Made by a program: the position numbers and the translations under genes. A DNA stretch of 64,000 nt from Thermoplasmata archaeon (lineage in GTDB: Archaea; Thermoplasmatota; Thermoplasmata; Lutacidiplasmatales; UBA184): contig DAHVCH010000001.1 in the NCBI GenBank assembly GCA_027314165.1, positions 108,590 through 172,589 of the forward strand, in the 5' to 3' direction. The notes below the pieces were generated by a model. It did no database searches. It was given only the letters and a program-made list of their open reading frames with translations, and was not told the origin of the DNA. The number at the start of each line of letters is the position of its first letter. Position 1 is the first letter of the stretch. Shown here piece after piece: positions 45,960 through 54,949 of the stretch.

Positions 45960-46771
45960 CAGTACCCCTCCCGGTGGCCCTCTTGGAGCAATCGCCGGTC
46001 ACCCCAGGCCAGCAGGGAGGTCCGGTTCTCAAGGTTGAGCAACATGTCGAGCGGTCGGCCGTGGGAGTCCGCGACGCCTCCTCCGGCCTCCTTCAGGACC
46101 AGGACGGCCGCCGCGATGTCCGTGACCCGCAGGTTCAGGGAGGCCGGGGAGCTGTCCGAGAAGTAGCCGTCCGCCCCCCCCTGGGCCACCATGGAGATCT
46201 CGAAGGAGGCGCATCCCAGCGAGCGCACCCTGCGGCTCTTCTGGGCCAGGGAATGGGCCCGCCCGGAGGCGTTCGCCCCAAGGTTGACGAAGAAGAGCTC
46301 CTCGTGGGGCACCCAGGGACGGGAAGAGAGCCGACGACCGTCCTGCCACGCGCCTCCCCCCTGGGTGGCCCAGAAGGTGATGCCCGTGTCGATGTCGTGG
46401 ACGACCCCGACCCGGATGTCGGAGAGCTGCGCCTTCCCAAGGGCGAGAGAGACCGTCGCGAACGGGAGCCCCCGCAGGGCGTTGTGGCTGCCGTCGACCG
46501 GGTCGACCACCAGGAGGTCGTGTCCCCCGCGGTCGATGAACCCCAGCTCCTCCGAAAGGACGTTCCACGGGATCCGCTCCTGCTCGAGGAAGGAGAGGAC
46601 CTGCGCCTCCGCCACCCGGTCGAGCTGCGCGGTCGGCGAGCCGCTCGCGCCCATCGCCACTTCGCGCCCCTTGTGAGGGGAGGAAAGGACCTGACGGACG
46701 GCGTTGTGCACAGCGTACGAGAGGCGGACCAAGGTCTCCAGGTCCGAGGCGTTGTCCACGGGGGCCGGCAC
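45956..46771 (-). CDS. suhB: inositol-monophosphatase/fructose-1,6-bisphosphatase family phosphatase
   Basis: Has the IMPase motifs VVDPVDGSHN (DPIDGT-like), an upstream metal-binding EE (SEELGF), and the C-terminal WDIAAAVLVLKEAGG-like region (TDIAAAVLVLKEAGGGV). It overlaps the stop of ppnK. The start is placed at the GTG at 46771; the long upstream extension of the ORF is junk. Confidence 0.75.
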   Translation of the reverse strand: MPAPVDNASDLETLVRLSYAVHNAVRQVLSSPHKGREVAMGASGSPTAQLDRVAEAQVLSFLEQERIPWNVLSEELGFIDRGGHDLLVVDPVDGSHNALRGLPFATVSLALGKAQLSDIRVGVVHDIDTGITFWATQGGGAWQDGRRLSSRPWVPHEELFFVNLGANASGRAHSLAQKSRRVRSLGCASFEISMVAQGGADGYFSDSSPASLNLRVTDIAAAVLVLKEAGGGVADSHGRPLDMLLNLENRTSLLAWGDRRLLQEGHREGYW

Positions 46772-46927
46772 GCGCCCCCAGAGCCCTCCCCCTTCCGATA
46801 ACCCTTGCCCGTGCCCCCTCCGACGGGGCCCTCGCCGGGCTCCGGCCCACGTTCTAGGGCGCCTCCCGGGGGGCGAAGCCGTCCAAGCAGCACCTGAGGC
46901 GAGGAGCGACCTTAAGTTGGAGGGACC

Positions 46928-48172
46928 GTGGTCCTCCTCGTGGAGCTCCAATTCCTGGGCGGTGCCGAGCAGGTCGGCTCCCTCGGGATGGTCCTGAAGG
47001 ATGGCACCCACAAGGTGCTCTTCGATTACGGGATGACCCCGTCGGACCCCCCCGAGTACCCGATGCCCATCCCTCCGGGGGTCGAGTACTGCTTCCTGTC
47101 GCACTGCCACCTGGACCATTCCGGGATGGCCCCCGTCACCACTCGGGGTCCCCACACACAAATGGTCACGACGGAGCTCACCCGCGTCATCGCCGAGCTG
47201 CTCCTGATGGACTCGCTCAAGATCGCGCGGGCCGAGCGCTATCCCGAGCCCTTCACCTACAAGGAGCTCAAGAACTGGATGACCCGGACCGTCGGGATGC
47301 GCCGGGAGGAGACCTTCCGCCTCAAGGGGGTGGAGGTGGACCTGACCTCCGCCGGCCACGTCCCCGGGGCCGCCATGTACCGCTGGCGTGGGTCGAAGGA
47401 CCTGCTCTTCACGGGCGACGTCCACACGCGTCCGACCCACCTCGTGGGCGGCGCGACGCCGCTGGAAGCCGAGATCCTGGTCATGGAGAGCACCTACGCC
47501 GGGCGCGAGCACCCGGACCGGGCGGAGGAGGACGAGCGGTTCCGCAAGGAGGTCGAGAGCGTCGTCGGCCAGGGAGGGCAGGTGATCGTCCCGGCCTTCG
47601 CGGTCGGGCGGACCCAGGAGATCCTGATGACGCTCGCGGAGTGCAACTACGACATCTGGGTCGACGGGATGGGTCGCGCGGTCAACGAGATGTACCTCGA
47701 CAACCCGTCGCACATCCGGGACCCCAAGGCGCTGCGCAAGGCGATCGATGCGGCCTACATCGTCGAGGAGCCCTACGACCGGGAGGTGGCGCTCTCCGAG
47801 GCCGAGGTCATCGTCACCACGGGCGGCATGCTCGACGGGGGCCCCGTCCTGCACTACCTGAAGGCCTTGCACAAGAACCCCAAGAACGCCATGTTCATCG
47901 TCGGGTTCCAGGTCGAGGGGTCGAACGGCCGCCAGCTCCTGGATTCCGGGGCGATCACGTTCGACGACCGGACCCTGCGGCCAAAGCTCCAGATCAAGAC
48001 GTTCGACTTCTCCTCCCACGCGGGACACTCCGACCTGGTGAGCCTGGCCCGGGCGGTCCGACCGAAGACGGTGGTGCTGATGCACGGGGACAACCGTGAG
48101 GCCCTTGCCAGCGAGCTTCGCAAGGAGTTCGACGTCAAGATCCCGCTGAACGGAGAGACGTTCTCGCTCTGA
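46928..48172 (+). CDS. beta-CASP metallo-beta-lactamase ribonuclease (aCPSF2-like, no KH domains)
   Basis: Has the MBL motif 2 LSHCHLDHSGMAP (HxHxDH), downstream beta-CASP motifs and a C-terminal HGD. It is 414 aa. Confidence 0.8.
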   Translation: MVLLVELQFLGGAEQVGSLGMVLKDGTHKVLFDYGMTPSDPPEYPMPIPPGVEYCFLSHCHLDHSGMAPVTTRGPHTQMVTTELTRVIAELLLMDSLKIARAERYPEPFTYKELKNWMTRTVGMRREETFRLKGVEVDLTSAGHVPGAAMYRWRGSKDLLFTGDVHTRPTHLVGGATPLEAEILVMESTYAGREHPDRAEEDERFRKEVESVVGQGGQVIVPAFAVGRTQEILMTLAECNYDIWVDGMGRAVNEMYLDNPSHIRDPKALRKAIDAAYIVEEPYDREVALSEAEVIVTTGGMLDGGPVLHYLKALHKNPKNAMFIVGFQVEGSNGRQLLDSGAITFDDRTLRPKLQIKTFDFSSHAGHSDLVSLARAVRPKTVVLMHGDNREALASELRKEFDVKIPLNGETFSL

Positions 48173-48210
48173 GGGCTGAGGGCTGAGGGCTGAGGGCTGA
48201 GGGCTGAGAG
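48170..48210. repeat. heptanucleotide tandem repeat (TGAGGGC)x5 plus partial unit
   Basis: Direct inspection shows tgagggc repeated five times starting at the stop codon of the RNase gene, then tgagag. It gives TGA in all three plus-strand frames. It lies between convergent genes (46928..48172 + and 48270..49406 -). Confidence 0.9.
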
Positions 48211-48269
48211 CCTCGGTGCCAGGTCCTCGCCACGGCGAGGGCTGGGGCAAGAGCCCCAGGGTTCGACCA

Positions 48270-49406
48270 CTAGGTGTGGCCGAAATCTTCCGGAGGGAAC
48301 TCCTCGTCGCGGATGGGGGGCAGGGGCGGGAGGCTTCCCGAGCGGTCCCGAAGGAGCTCGCCGATGCGCTCCTGGAGCTGTTCGATGCCTTCCCCGGTCG
48401 TGCAGGAGATCTTCAGGCGCGGGCTCGAGGACCGCGCGAGGTCCGACTTGTTCTCGACCTCCACGAAGACCCGGTCGGGGAACGCCTGCCTCAACCGGGC
48501 CAGGAGGGCCTCCTGCTCGCCAATGGGCCAGCCGCAGCTCCCGGACGGGTCGAGCAAGAACACGATCACCGGCCCTCCTTCCCGGACCGCAAGGAACGCC
48601 TCCCGTTCCACGGGGTTCCTCTTCGATTCGTCCCGCTCGAGCATTCCCGGGGTGTCCACGAGCTGGGCGCGTCCTAGCGGTCCGATCGGGGCGTGACCGA
48701 CCGCCACGGCGACGGTGGTGAACGGATAGGCGGCGATCTTCGGTCGGGCCCGGGTCAAGCGGGCGAGGAGGGAGGACTTCCCGACGTTCGGGTAGCCCGC
48801 GACGACCACCGTGGTCGCCCTCCCTTCGAGCGACGGCCGGTCCCGGAGCAACCGCTCCCCCTCATGGAGGCGGATCAGGTCCCCCGCGATCTCCCGCAAA
48901 AGGCTCGCCGAGCGACCGTAGTACCTGCGGACGGCCTGAGCGATGTCGTAGCGCTCGTCCAGGCGGGGGACCTTGCGCTCCTCCTCCGTCCGCAGACGGA
49001 TGAGGCGCTCCTGGGCCCGCCGGATCCGGAGCAGGCTTCGCTCCATCCCACCCTTTCCCCAACGTTCGTCGAGGAGGGCCTTGCGGAACGGCCCCAACGC
49101 GGCCTCCTTCGAGAACGGGCGGGCCCGGATCCTCAGCTGACGGAGGAGGTTGCCGGACGCGCGGCCGATCTTCCGAAGGGCCAGGCGCCGCTGGCGGTCG
49201 AGCGTGGTGTCGCCCGAGACCGAGACCTTCGCCGCGCGGTGGAAGGCGAGCTCGAGCATCTCCTGGACCAGGCGTTCCCGCGGGTCCGCGATGGTCTCGG
49301 TGGGAACGATCTTACGAGGGACCTTCCCCGTTCTCGCGGGAACCACGCGACGACCGCGCTTGGAGGAGGGGGAGGACGGCCCGTGACGGGCCCGGGAAGA
49401 AGGCAT
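48270..49406 (-). CDS. NOG1-family (Obg-like) GTP-binding protein
   Basis: Has G1 VVVAGYPNVGKSSL, G2 FTT, G3 VDTPGML and G4 at the expected spacing. The N-terminal helical domain and overall length are typical of archaeal Nog1. Confidence 0.75.
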   Translation of the reverse strand: MPSSRARHGPSSPSSKRGRRVVPARTGKVPRKIVPTETIADPRERLVQEMLELAFHRAAKVSVSGDTTLDRQRRLALRKIGRASGNLLRQLRIRARPFSKEAALGPFRKALLDERWGKGGMERSLLRIRRAQERLIRLRTEEERKVPRLDERYDIAQAVRRYYGRSASLLREIAGDLIRLHEGERLLRDRPSLEGRATTVVVAGYPNVGKSSLLARLTRARPKIAAYPFTTVAVAVGHAPIGPLGRAQLVDTPGMLERDESKRNPVEREAFLAVREGGPVIVFLLDPSGSCGWPIGEQEALLARLRQAFPDRVFVEVENKSDLARSSSPRLKISCTTGEGIEQLQERIGELLRDRSGSLPPLPPIRDEEFPPEDFGHT

Positions 49407-49486
49407 GGACGAAGGTCGTGAGGCGGTCGACCGTTAAAGCTCGCCCCGACGGCAGCCCGACCCCGTCGTCCCTCCAGAGGGGGGTG

Positions 49487-50296
49487 TCAGGGGAGCTTGG
49501 TCTGGTTCCCGGGCGCTGGCGCGTAGTCGACCGGGGGGAGGTCCATGGTGCGCCGGAAGAGGTTCACCGAGTCGGGAGCGAACCCGGCAAAATGGTTGTT
49601 GAAGAACACGAAGGCCCTCTCCACCTCCTGCGCCTTGGCCCGGAGCCGGTCGGCCCAAAGCCGGACCTCGGCGGTCCGGTCCACCCGCACCTCCCCGTGC
49701 GTCTCGGCGGGGATGGTCGAGTGGTCGCCGATGAAGCGGAGATAGAGGAGGTCCGTGGTCACCTCCGGAGGGATGTCCACGTAGGTCAGGTAGGACCACG
49801 TGAGGGCGATGCGCCGGGAGGAGAGCTCCCGAAGGAGCCACTCCCGCGTCTCGCCCTGGAACCACCCCGCGTCCCGCAGCTCGAGAGCGTAGCGGAGGGA
49901 GGGGTCGAGGGCATCCAGGAGCTCGACGAGAAAGGCGTTCGCCTTGCCGGGCTTCACCCAGGGAGCGAACTGCAGGAGGACGGGCCCCAGCTTCTCCCCC
50001 AGGGCCTTGGCATGGTCCAGGAAGGCCCCGAGCTGCTCCCGGTCGACCGGCGTCTTCGGGTCGAGAAGGTCCCGTGTGAGCTTCAAGGCAAAGAGGAAGC
50101 CCTCGGGGGTCCTCGCCCGCCACCCCGCCGCCATCCCCCGGGAGGGGGGGCGGAAGTACGTCGATTCCACCTCGACCGTGTTGAACCTCTGGGCATACCA
50201 GGGAAGCCGCTCCCCGTCCGTGAGGGTCCGCGGGTAGACCCGGTCCCACCAGGCCTCGGAGGTCCAGGAGGAGCACCCGATCCGCAGGTCGACCAT
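49487..50296 (-). CDS. DUF72 (UPF0759) family protein
   Basis: MVDLRIGCSSWTSEAWWDRVYP...LPWYAQRFNTVEVESTYF is the hallmark N-terminus of the DUF72 TIM-barrel family. Confidence 0.75.
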   Translation of the reverse strand: MVDLRIGCSSWTSEAWWDRVYPRTLTDGERLPWYAQRFNTVEVESTYFRPPSRGMAAGWRARTPEGFLFALKLTRDLLDPKTPVDREQLGAFLDHAKALGEKLGPVLLQFAPWVKPGKANAFLVELLDALDPSLRYALELRDAGWFQGETREWLLRELSSRRIALTWSYLTYVDIPPEVTTDLLYLRFIGDHSTIPAETHGEVRVDRTAEVRLWADRLRAKAQEVERAFVFFNNHFAGFAPDSVNLFRRTMDLPPVDYAPAPGNQTKLP

Positions 50297-50407
50297 CCTA
50301 TCCAGGAACGCCTAGGGACGACCTTCAGGCTTCCGAGGCCCGCGCACCTCTCAGGAGGGGGTCGGGGGCACCCCTACCTTCATATCGAGTCCCGCATGGC
50401 GGGGGTC

Positions 50408-50698
50408 ATGCCTGGGATCGGCTCGCTCCGTGCCAACGCAAACGCCAACCTCGAAGCTACCATTACCGCGATCTCGCCAGCCCGGCACGTGGTGACCTCA
50501 CGTGGCCCATCCGACGTGGCCGACGCCACGCTCCAGGATGAGACCGGGAGCATCACCTTCACCCTCTGGGGCGCCGACGTGAGCAAGTACAAGGTCGGCC
50601 AGAAGGTCAAGATCTCCGACGGCTGGGTCAAGGAATACAAAGGGAAGCTCCAGCTCTCGCTGGGCCGAAGCGGCTCCGTGACCATCCTCGGACCGTAA
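50408..50698 (+). CDS. small OB-fold nucleic-acid-binding protein (RPA/SSB-like single OB domain)
   Basis: ...VADATLQDETGSITFTLWGADVSKYKVGQKVKISDGWVKEYKGKLQLSL... matches the RPA-type OB-fold pattern (DETG.I..TLW ... G..V.I.N..V.EY.G...L). The ATG at 50408 (or 50396) follows the TATA-like TTCATATC at 50379-50386. Confidence 0.55.
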   Translation: MPGIGSLRANANANLEATITAISPARHVVTSRGPSDVADATLQDETGSITFTLWGADVSKYKVGQKVKISDGWVKEYKGKLQLSLGRSGSVTILGP

Positions 50699-50756
50699 TC
50701 GGGCACGATCCTAGCCCGGGTCCTTGGACCCCCCGCTGCCGCGGTCCCGGTGCGTG

Positions 50757-50781
50757 GCGTAGCCTAGCCTAGCCTAGCCTT
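50757..50781. repeat. pentanucleotide tandem repeat (AGCCT)x4
   Basis: Direct inspection shows gcgt agcct agcct agcct agcct tgcc in the intergenic region upstream of gcvPA. The CTAG/TAG motif recurs in shifting frames. Confidence 0.85.
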
Positions 50782-50840
50782 GCCGGTTCACCGTAGACGC
50801 TATACCTTCGGACAAATCGAGCCAGGACCGGGGCGCGAAC

Positions 50841-52229
50841 GTGGTCCGGTGGATCCCCGGTAACGGCGAGGAAGAGAAGGCGCTGCTCGACGCGCTCGGC
50901 CTGAGCTCGGTGGAGGAGCTCTTCCGAGACATCCCACCCTCCGCCCGCATGAAGCGGATGGGACTGGGCGCCCCCCTCGAGGAGCGCCAGGTCGTCGAGC
51001 ACGTCGACCGACTGCTGGAGAAGAACCAGACCCAGGGTTCCCTCGACTCCTTCCTGGGCTGCGGGCTCTACGACCGCTACACCCCGGCCGTCGTCGACGG
51101 GATCCTGCAACGGTCGGAGTTCTACACCTCCTACACCCCCTACCAGCCGGAGGCCAGCCAGGGGGTCCTCCAGACCCTTTTCGAGTTCCAGTCGCTCTGG
51201 GTGGAGCTTTCCGACATGGACGTGGCCAACGCTTCGCTCTACGACGGGGCGACGGCGATGGGCGAGGCGATGCTCATGGCCCGCCGGCTCGCACCCGGCC
51301 ACCGTTTCCTCGTCCCTTCGACGCTCTTCTGGGAGCGACGCAGCGTCCTGGAGAACTACGCCCCCAGGAAGGACATGGAGTTCGTCGAGGTCCCGTGCGA
51401 CCCCCGGACGGGCCGGCTGGACCTGGGGTTCCTCGAGCGGGAGGCCAAGCACGACTGCTTCGGCGTGCTCTTCGAGTACCCGGACACGCTGGGGACCCTC
51501 CAGGTGGACCTCCCGAAGGTCAAGGGGGCGATCAAGGACGTCCCGCTCATCGTCTCGGCAGACCCCCTCGCTTTGACCCTGCTCGAGCCCCCCGGAGCGT
51601 GGGGAGCGGACATCGTCGTGGGAGAGGGCCAGGGGTTCGGCGTGCCCGTCTCCTACGGGGGCCCCCTCCTGGGACTCATCTCCACGCGCAAGGAGCACGT
51701 CCGGATGCTCCCCGGCCGCATCGCGGGAGCGACGGTGGACCACGAGGGGCGACGCGCGTTCACCCTGACGCTCCAGGCGCGGGAGCAGCACATCCGTCGC
51801 TCGCGCGCGACCTCGAACATCTGCACGAACCAGACCCTGGTCTCCTTGGCCTTCCTGGCCTACGCCTGCGCGGTGGGTCCGAGCGGGCTCACGCGCCTGG
51901 CCTCCCGCCTCTCGGAGGAGGGGCACCGGCTCGCCAAGGCTCTCAAGGAGGTGCCGGGGCTGCGCGCTCCGCTCGTCGACGCGCCGTTCCTCTGGGAGTT
52001 CCCGGTCGGGGTCGAGGGCCTCTCCATCCCCGAGTTCCTGGACGGCATGTACGATGAGGGCGTGCTCGCCGGGGTCCCGCTCCAGGACCCGCGTCCCGGT
52101 GCGAAGGGCCACCCCCACCCGGGGTTCCTGACCTCCGCGGGGGAGCGCACCGACGCGAAGAGCGTCGAACGTTACGCGAGAGCCGCCCGGAAGGTCCTCT
52201 CGGCCCCGAAGAAGGAGGGTTCGCCATGA
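50841..52229 (+). CDS. gcvPA: glycine dehydrogenase (decarboxylating) subunit 1
   Basis: The N-terminus ...LGLSSVEELFRDIPPSARMKR... and the length match the GcvPA family. It overlaps the start of gcvPB by 4 nt. Confidence 0.9.
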   Translation: MVRWIPGNGEEEKALLDALGLSSVEELFRDIPPSARMKRMGLGAPLEERQVVEHVDRLLEKNQTQGSLDSFLGCGLYDRYTPAVVDGILQRSEFYTSYTPYQPEASQGVLQTLFEFQSLWVELSDMDVANASLYDGATAMGEAMLMARRLAPGHRFLVPSTLFWERRSVLENYAPRKDMEFVEVPCDPRTGRLDLGFLEREAKHDCFGVLFEYPDTLGTLQVDLPKVKGAIKDVPLIVSADPLALTLLEPPGAWGADIVVGEGQGFGVPVSYGGPLLGLISTRKEHVRMLPGRIAGATVDHEGRRAFTLTLQAREQHIRRSRATSNICTNQTLVSLAFLAYACAVGPSGLTRLASRLSEEGHRLAKALKEVPGLRAPLVDAPFLWEFPVGVEGLSIPEFLDGMYDEGVLAGVPLQDPRPGAKGHPHPGFLTSAGERTDAKSVERYARAARKVLSAPKKEGSP

Positions 52230-53770
52230 CCTTCCGACAGGCACGCTGGGAGGAGCCTCTCCTTTGGGAGATCCGCCCGCCGGCGGATGGGGGGGTGGAC
52301 CCCGCCCAGGCTCCTGAGGTCCCTCCCGAGCTTCGGCGCCGGAAGGCCCTGCGGCTGCCCGAGCTCTCCGAGCTCGAGGTCGCGCGGCATTTCACACGCC
52401 TCTCCCAGATGAACTTCGGGATCGAGACGTCGTTCTACCCTCTCGGCTCGTGCACCATGAAGTACAATCCCCGGGTGAGCGAGGTGCTTGCCCGGCGCGC
52501 GGGGGTCGCGGACGTCCACCCCTACCAGCCCGAGTCGAGCACCCAGGGGCTCCTGGCCATGCTCTGGGAGATGGAGCAGGCCCTGGGAAAGATCACGGGT
52601 CTCCCTCACACCACCCTCCAGGTCGCGGCGGGTGCCCACGGGGAGTACGTCGCCCTGCGGATGACCGCCGCCTACCACCGAGACCGGGGGGACACGAAGA
52701 GGACCGAGGTCCTTCTCCCGGACACGGCGCACGGGACGAACCCCGCTTCCGCCGCCATGGCGGGCTTCACGACGCGCGAGATCCCCTCGAAGAACGGCTG
52801 CGTGGACCTTCGTGCGCTGGAGGGGGCGCTGAGCGAGAACACGGCCGCGTTCATGCTGACGAACCCCAACACCGCGGGGCTGTTCGAGGAGCAGATCCTC
52901 GAGATCTCCGACCGGGTGCACAGCGCCGGGGCGATCCTGTACTACGACGGCGCGAACCTCAACGCCATCCTGGGCAAGACCGGACCGGGGAAGATGGGGT
53001 TCGACGTCGCCCACCTGAACCTCCACAAGACCTTCGCGACACCGCACGGGGGCGGAGGGCCGGGCGACGGTGCGCTGTGCGTGGGAGAGCGGCTGAAGGA
53101 TTACCTGCCCGTCCCCCGGATCGTGAAGGAGGGACGGAAGTTCCACATCTCCTACGACTTCCCCAGGTCCATCGGGAAGGTGAAGACCGCCTACGGGAAC
53201 GTGGGCCTGGTGCTTCGGGCCTACGTCTTCCTCCGGGCCCACGGCGAGGAAGGGTTGCGCCGGGTCTCCGAGCGCGCGGTCCTCAACTCGAACTATCTCG
53301 GGATGCGCCTGGGCGAGCACCTGCCCCGCCCGTTCAAGCCGCTCGTCAAGCACGAGTTCGTGCTCTCGGGGGCCCCGCTCAAGGCCCGAGGGGTCCGCAC
53401 GTTGGACCTCGCGAAGCGGCTCCTGGACGAGGGGGTCCACGCACCGACCGTCTACTTCCCCACGCTCGTGGAGGAGTCGCTCATGATCGAGCCTCCGGAG
53501 ACCGAGTCGAAGCGGGACCTGGACGAGTTCGTCGCGGCCTTCCTCCGGGCCTTGAACGACACCCCGGAGCGCCTGCACGCCTCGCCCATGAACCTCGCGG
53601 TGGGTCGGGTGGACGAGGTTCGCGCGGCGCGCGACCTGATCCTTTCGTGGCGGGACATGGAGAAGGCGGCGCCAGGGGCGGGGCGGTCCCACGCGACCGC
53701 CGCATCACCCCCAGGGGTGGCGTCCGCGGCCCCCTCGGACATCCCGAACCCCTCGGTCGGCGCGAAGTAG
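52226..53770 (+). CDS. gcvPB: glycine dehydrogenase (decarboxylating) subunit 2 (PLP-binding)
   Basis: ...NLHKTFATPHGGGGPG... contains the PLP-lysine region. It is 514 aa and collinear with GcvPB. Confidence 0.9.
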   Translation: MTFRQARWEEPLLWEIRPPADGGVDPAQAPEVPPELRRRKALRLPELSELEVARHFTRLSQMNFGIETSFYPLGSCTMKYNPRVSEVLARRAGVADVHPYQPESSTQGLLAMLWEMEQALGKITGLPHTTLQVAAGAHGEYVALRMTAAYHRDRGDTKRTEVLLPDTAHGTNPASAAMAGFTTREIPSKNGCVDLRALEGALSENTAAFMLTNPNTAGLFEEQILEISDRVHSAGAILYYDGANLNAILGKTGPGKMGFDVAHLNLHKTFATPHGGGGPGDGALCVGERLKDYLPVPRIVKEGRKFHISYDFPRSIGKVKTAYGNVGLVLRAYVFLRAHGEEGLRRVSERAVLNSNYLGMRLGEHLPRPFKPLVKHEFVLSGAPLKARGVRTLDLAKRLLDEGVHAPTVYFPTLVEESLMIEPPETESKRDLDEFVAAFLRALNDTPERLHASPMNLAVGRVDEVRAARDLILSWRDMEKAAPGAGRSHATAASPPGVASAAPSDIPNPSVGAK

Positions 53771-53851
53771 GCGGTCGCCGCCCCTCCCGCCGCCGGCGCA
53801 GATCTCGTCAGGACCCAAACCTTAAGCCGAGGCCCCCACCTCGGGGAGCCC

Positions 53852-54949
53852 ATGCGTGACCGCGTCAAGAAGATCTTCGCGAAGGCCCAGAAAGAGCTCG
53901 ACGCCTTGGTCTTTGTCAACTCGGTGGAGCCCCACCTGGACCAGACGTTCTTCTACGTCACGGACGTGGCGAGCGGGCTCTTCGAAGGGTGCGCCTCCGT
54001 CGCCTTTCCCGATGGCAAGGTGGAAGTGTTCACGAGCGAGCTCGAGGCCGAGAGCGCCCGCACGGCCCCGGACGTGAAGGTCAACGTCTTCACCACGCGC
54101 GACGACGAGACCAGCCAGCTCAAGCGGCTCCTCGGGAACTCCAAGAGGATCGGGCTGAACTTCCACGAGATCACCTACGAGAGCTTCCTTTCCATCAAGA
54201 AGGGGTTCCCCTCGACCGAGTGGGAGGACGTCACCGAAGCGGTGCGGAAGACCCGGTCGATCAAGGACGCGAAGGAGATCGAGCGGCTCCGCATCGCCGG
54301 CCGCATCGGGACGAAGGTCGCCGAGGAGATTCCCTCCATGCTCAAGACCGGCATGACCGAGCTCGAGCTCGCCGCCGAGATGGAGTACCGGATGAACATT
54401 CACGGAGCGGCCGGTCGCTCGTTCGGGACGATCGTCGCCTTCGGGGCCCACGGCGCAGAGCCCCACTTCACGCCCACCGGCACGAAGCTCGAGAAGGGAA
54501 CGACCATGGTGTGCGACTTCGGCGCGCTCTACCAGCGCTACTGCTCGGACATCACCCGCTCCTACGCCTTCGGCAAGCCGTCCGCGGAGGCCAAGGCCAT
54601 CCACGATAAGGTGGAGGAGGCCCAGCAGGCCGCCCTCGCGACCATCGGCGCGGGGGTCGCCGCGAAGGAGCCCCACCTGGCCGCCCAGAAGGTCATCGAT
54701 GCCTCTCCCTGGAAGGGCCGCTTCATCCACGGGCTCGGCCACTCGATCGGCCTCGCCGTCCACGACGGGTTCTCGCTGAACGGCCGGAACGAGGAGCTCC
54801 TGGAGGAGGGCATGTGCGTCACCGTGGAACCGGGGATCTACGTGCCCGGCCTGGGCGGGGTCCGGATCGAGGACGACATCCTGGTCACCAAGAAGGGCTA
54901 CGAGTTCCTGACCACCGCCCCCCGAGGATACCTCGAGGTGGGTCGGTGA
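53852..54949 (+). CDS. M24-family Xaa-Pro aminopeptidase/dipeptidase
   Basis: Has the pita-bread metal ligands (DFGALYQRYCSDITR, HGLGHSIGLAVHDG, VTVEPGIYVPGLGGVRIED). A weak TATA-like element sits ~27 nt upstream of the ATG. Confidence 0.8.
   Translation: MRDRVKKIFAKAQKELDALVFVNSVEPHLDQTFFYVTDVASGLFEGCASVAFPDGKVEVFTSELEAESARTAPDVKVNVFTTRDDETSQLKRLLGNSKRIGLNFHEITYESFLSIKKGFPSTEWEDVTEAVRKTRSIKDAKEIERLRIAGRIGTKVAEEIPSMLKTGMTELELAAEMEYRMNIHGAAGRSFGTIVAFGAHGAEPHFTPTGTKLEKGTTMVCDFGALYQRYCSDITRSYAFGKPSAEAKAIHDKVEEAQQAALATIGAGVAAKEPHLAAQKVIDASPWKGRFIHGLGHSIGLAVHDGFSLNGRNEELLEEGMCVTVEPGIYVPGLGGVRIEDDILVTKKGYEFLTTAPRGYLEVGR

Noticed and set aside
46772-48250. Upstream 490 codons of minus ORF 45956..48250 (beyond the IMPase domain), and ORF 47854..48270
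   Set aside because: They are antisense to the aCPSF2-like RNase gene and run through the (TGAGGGC)n repeat as LSALSPQPSALSPQ. Composition is artefactual; the IMPase start is placed at the GTG at 46771.
50769-53692. 491-aa and 506-aa minus-strand ORFs antisense to gcvPA/gcvPB
   Set aside because: GcvPA/GcvPB on the plus strand are unambiguous; the antisense frames are R/G/E/P-rich.
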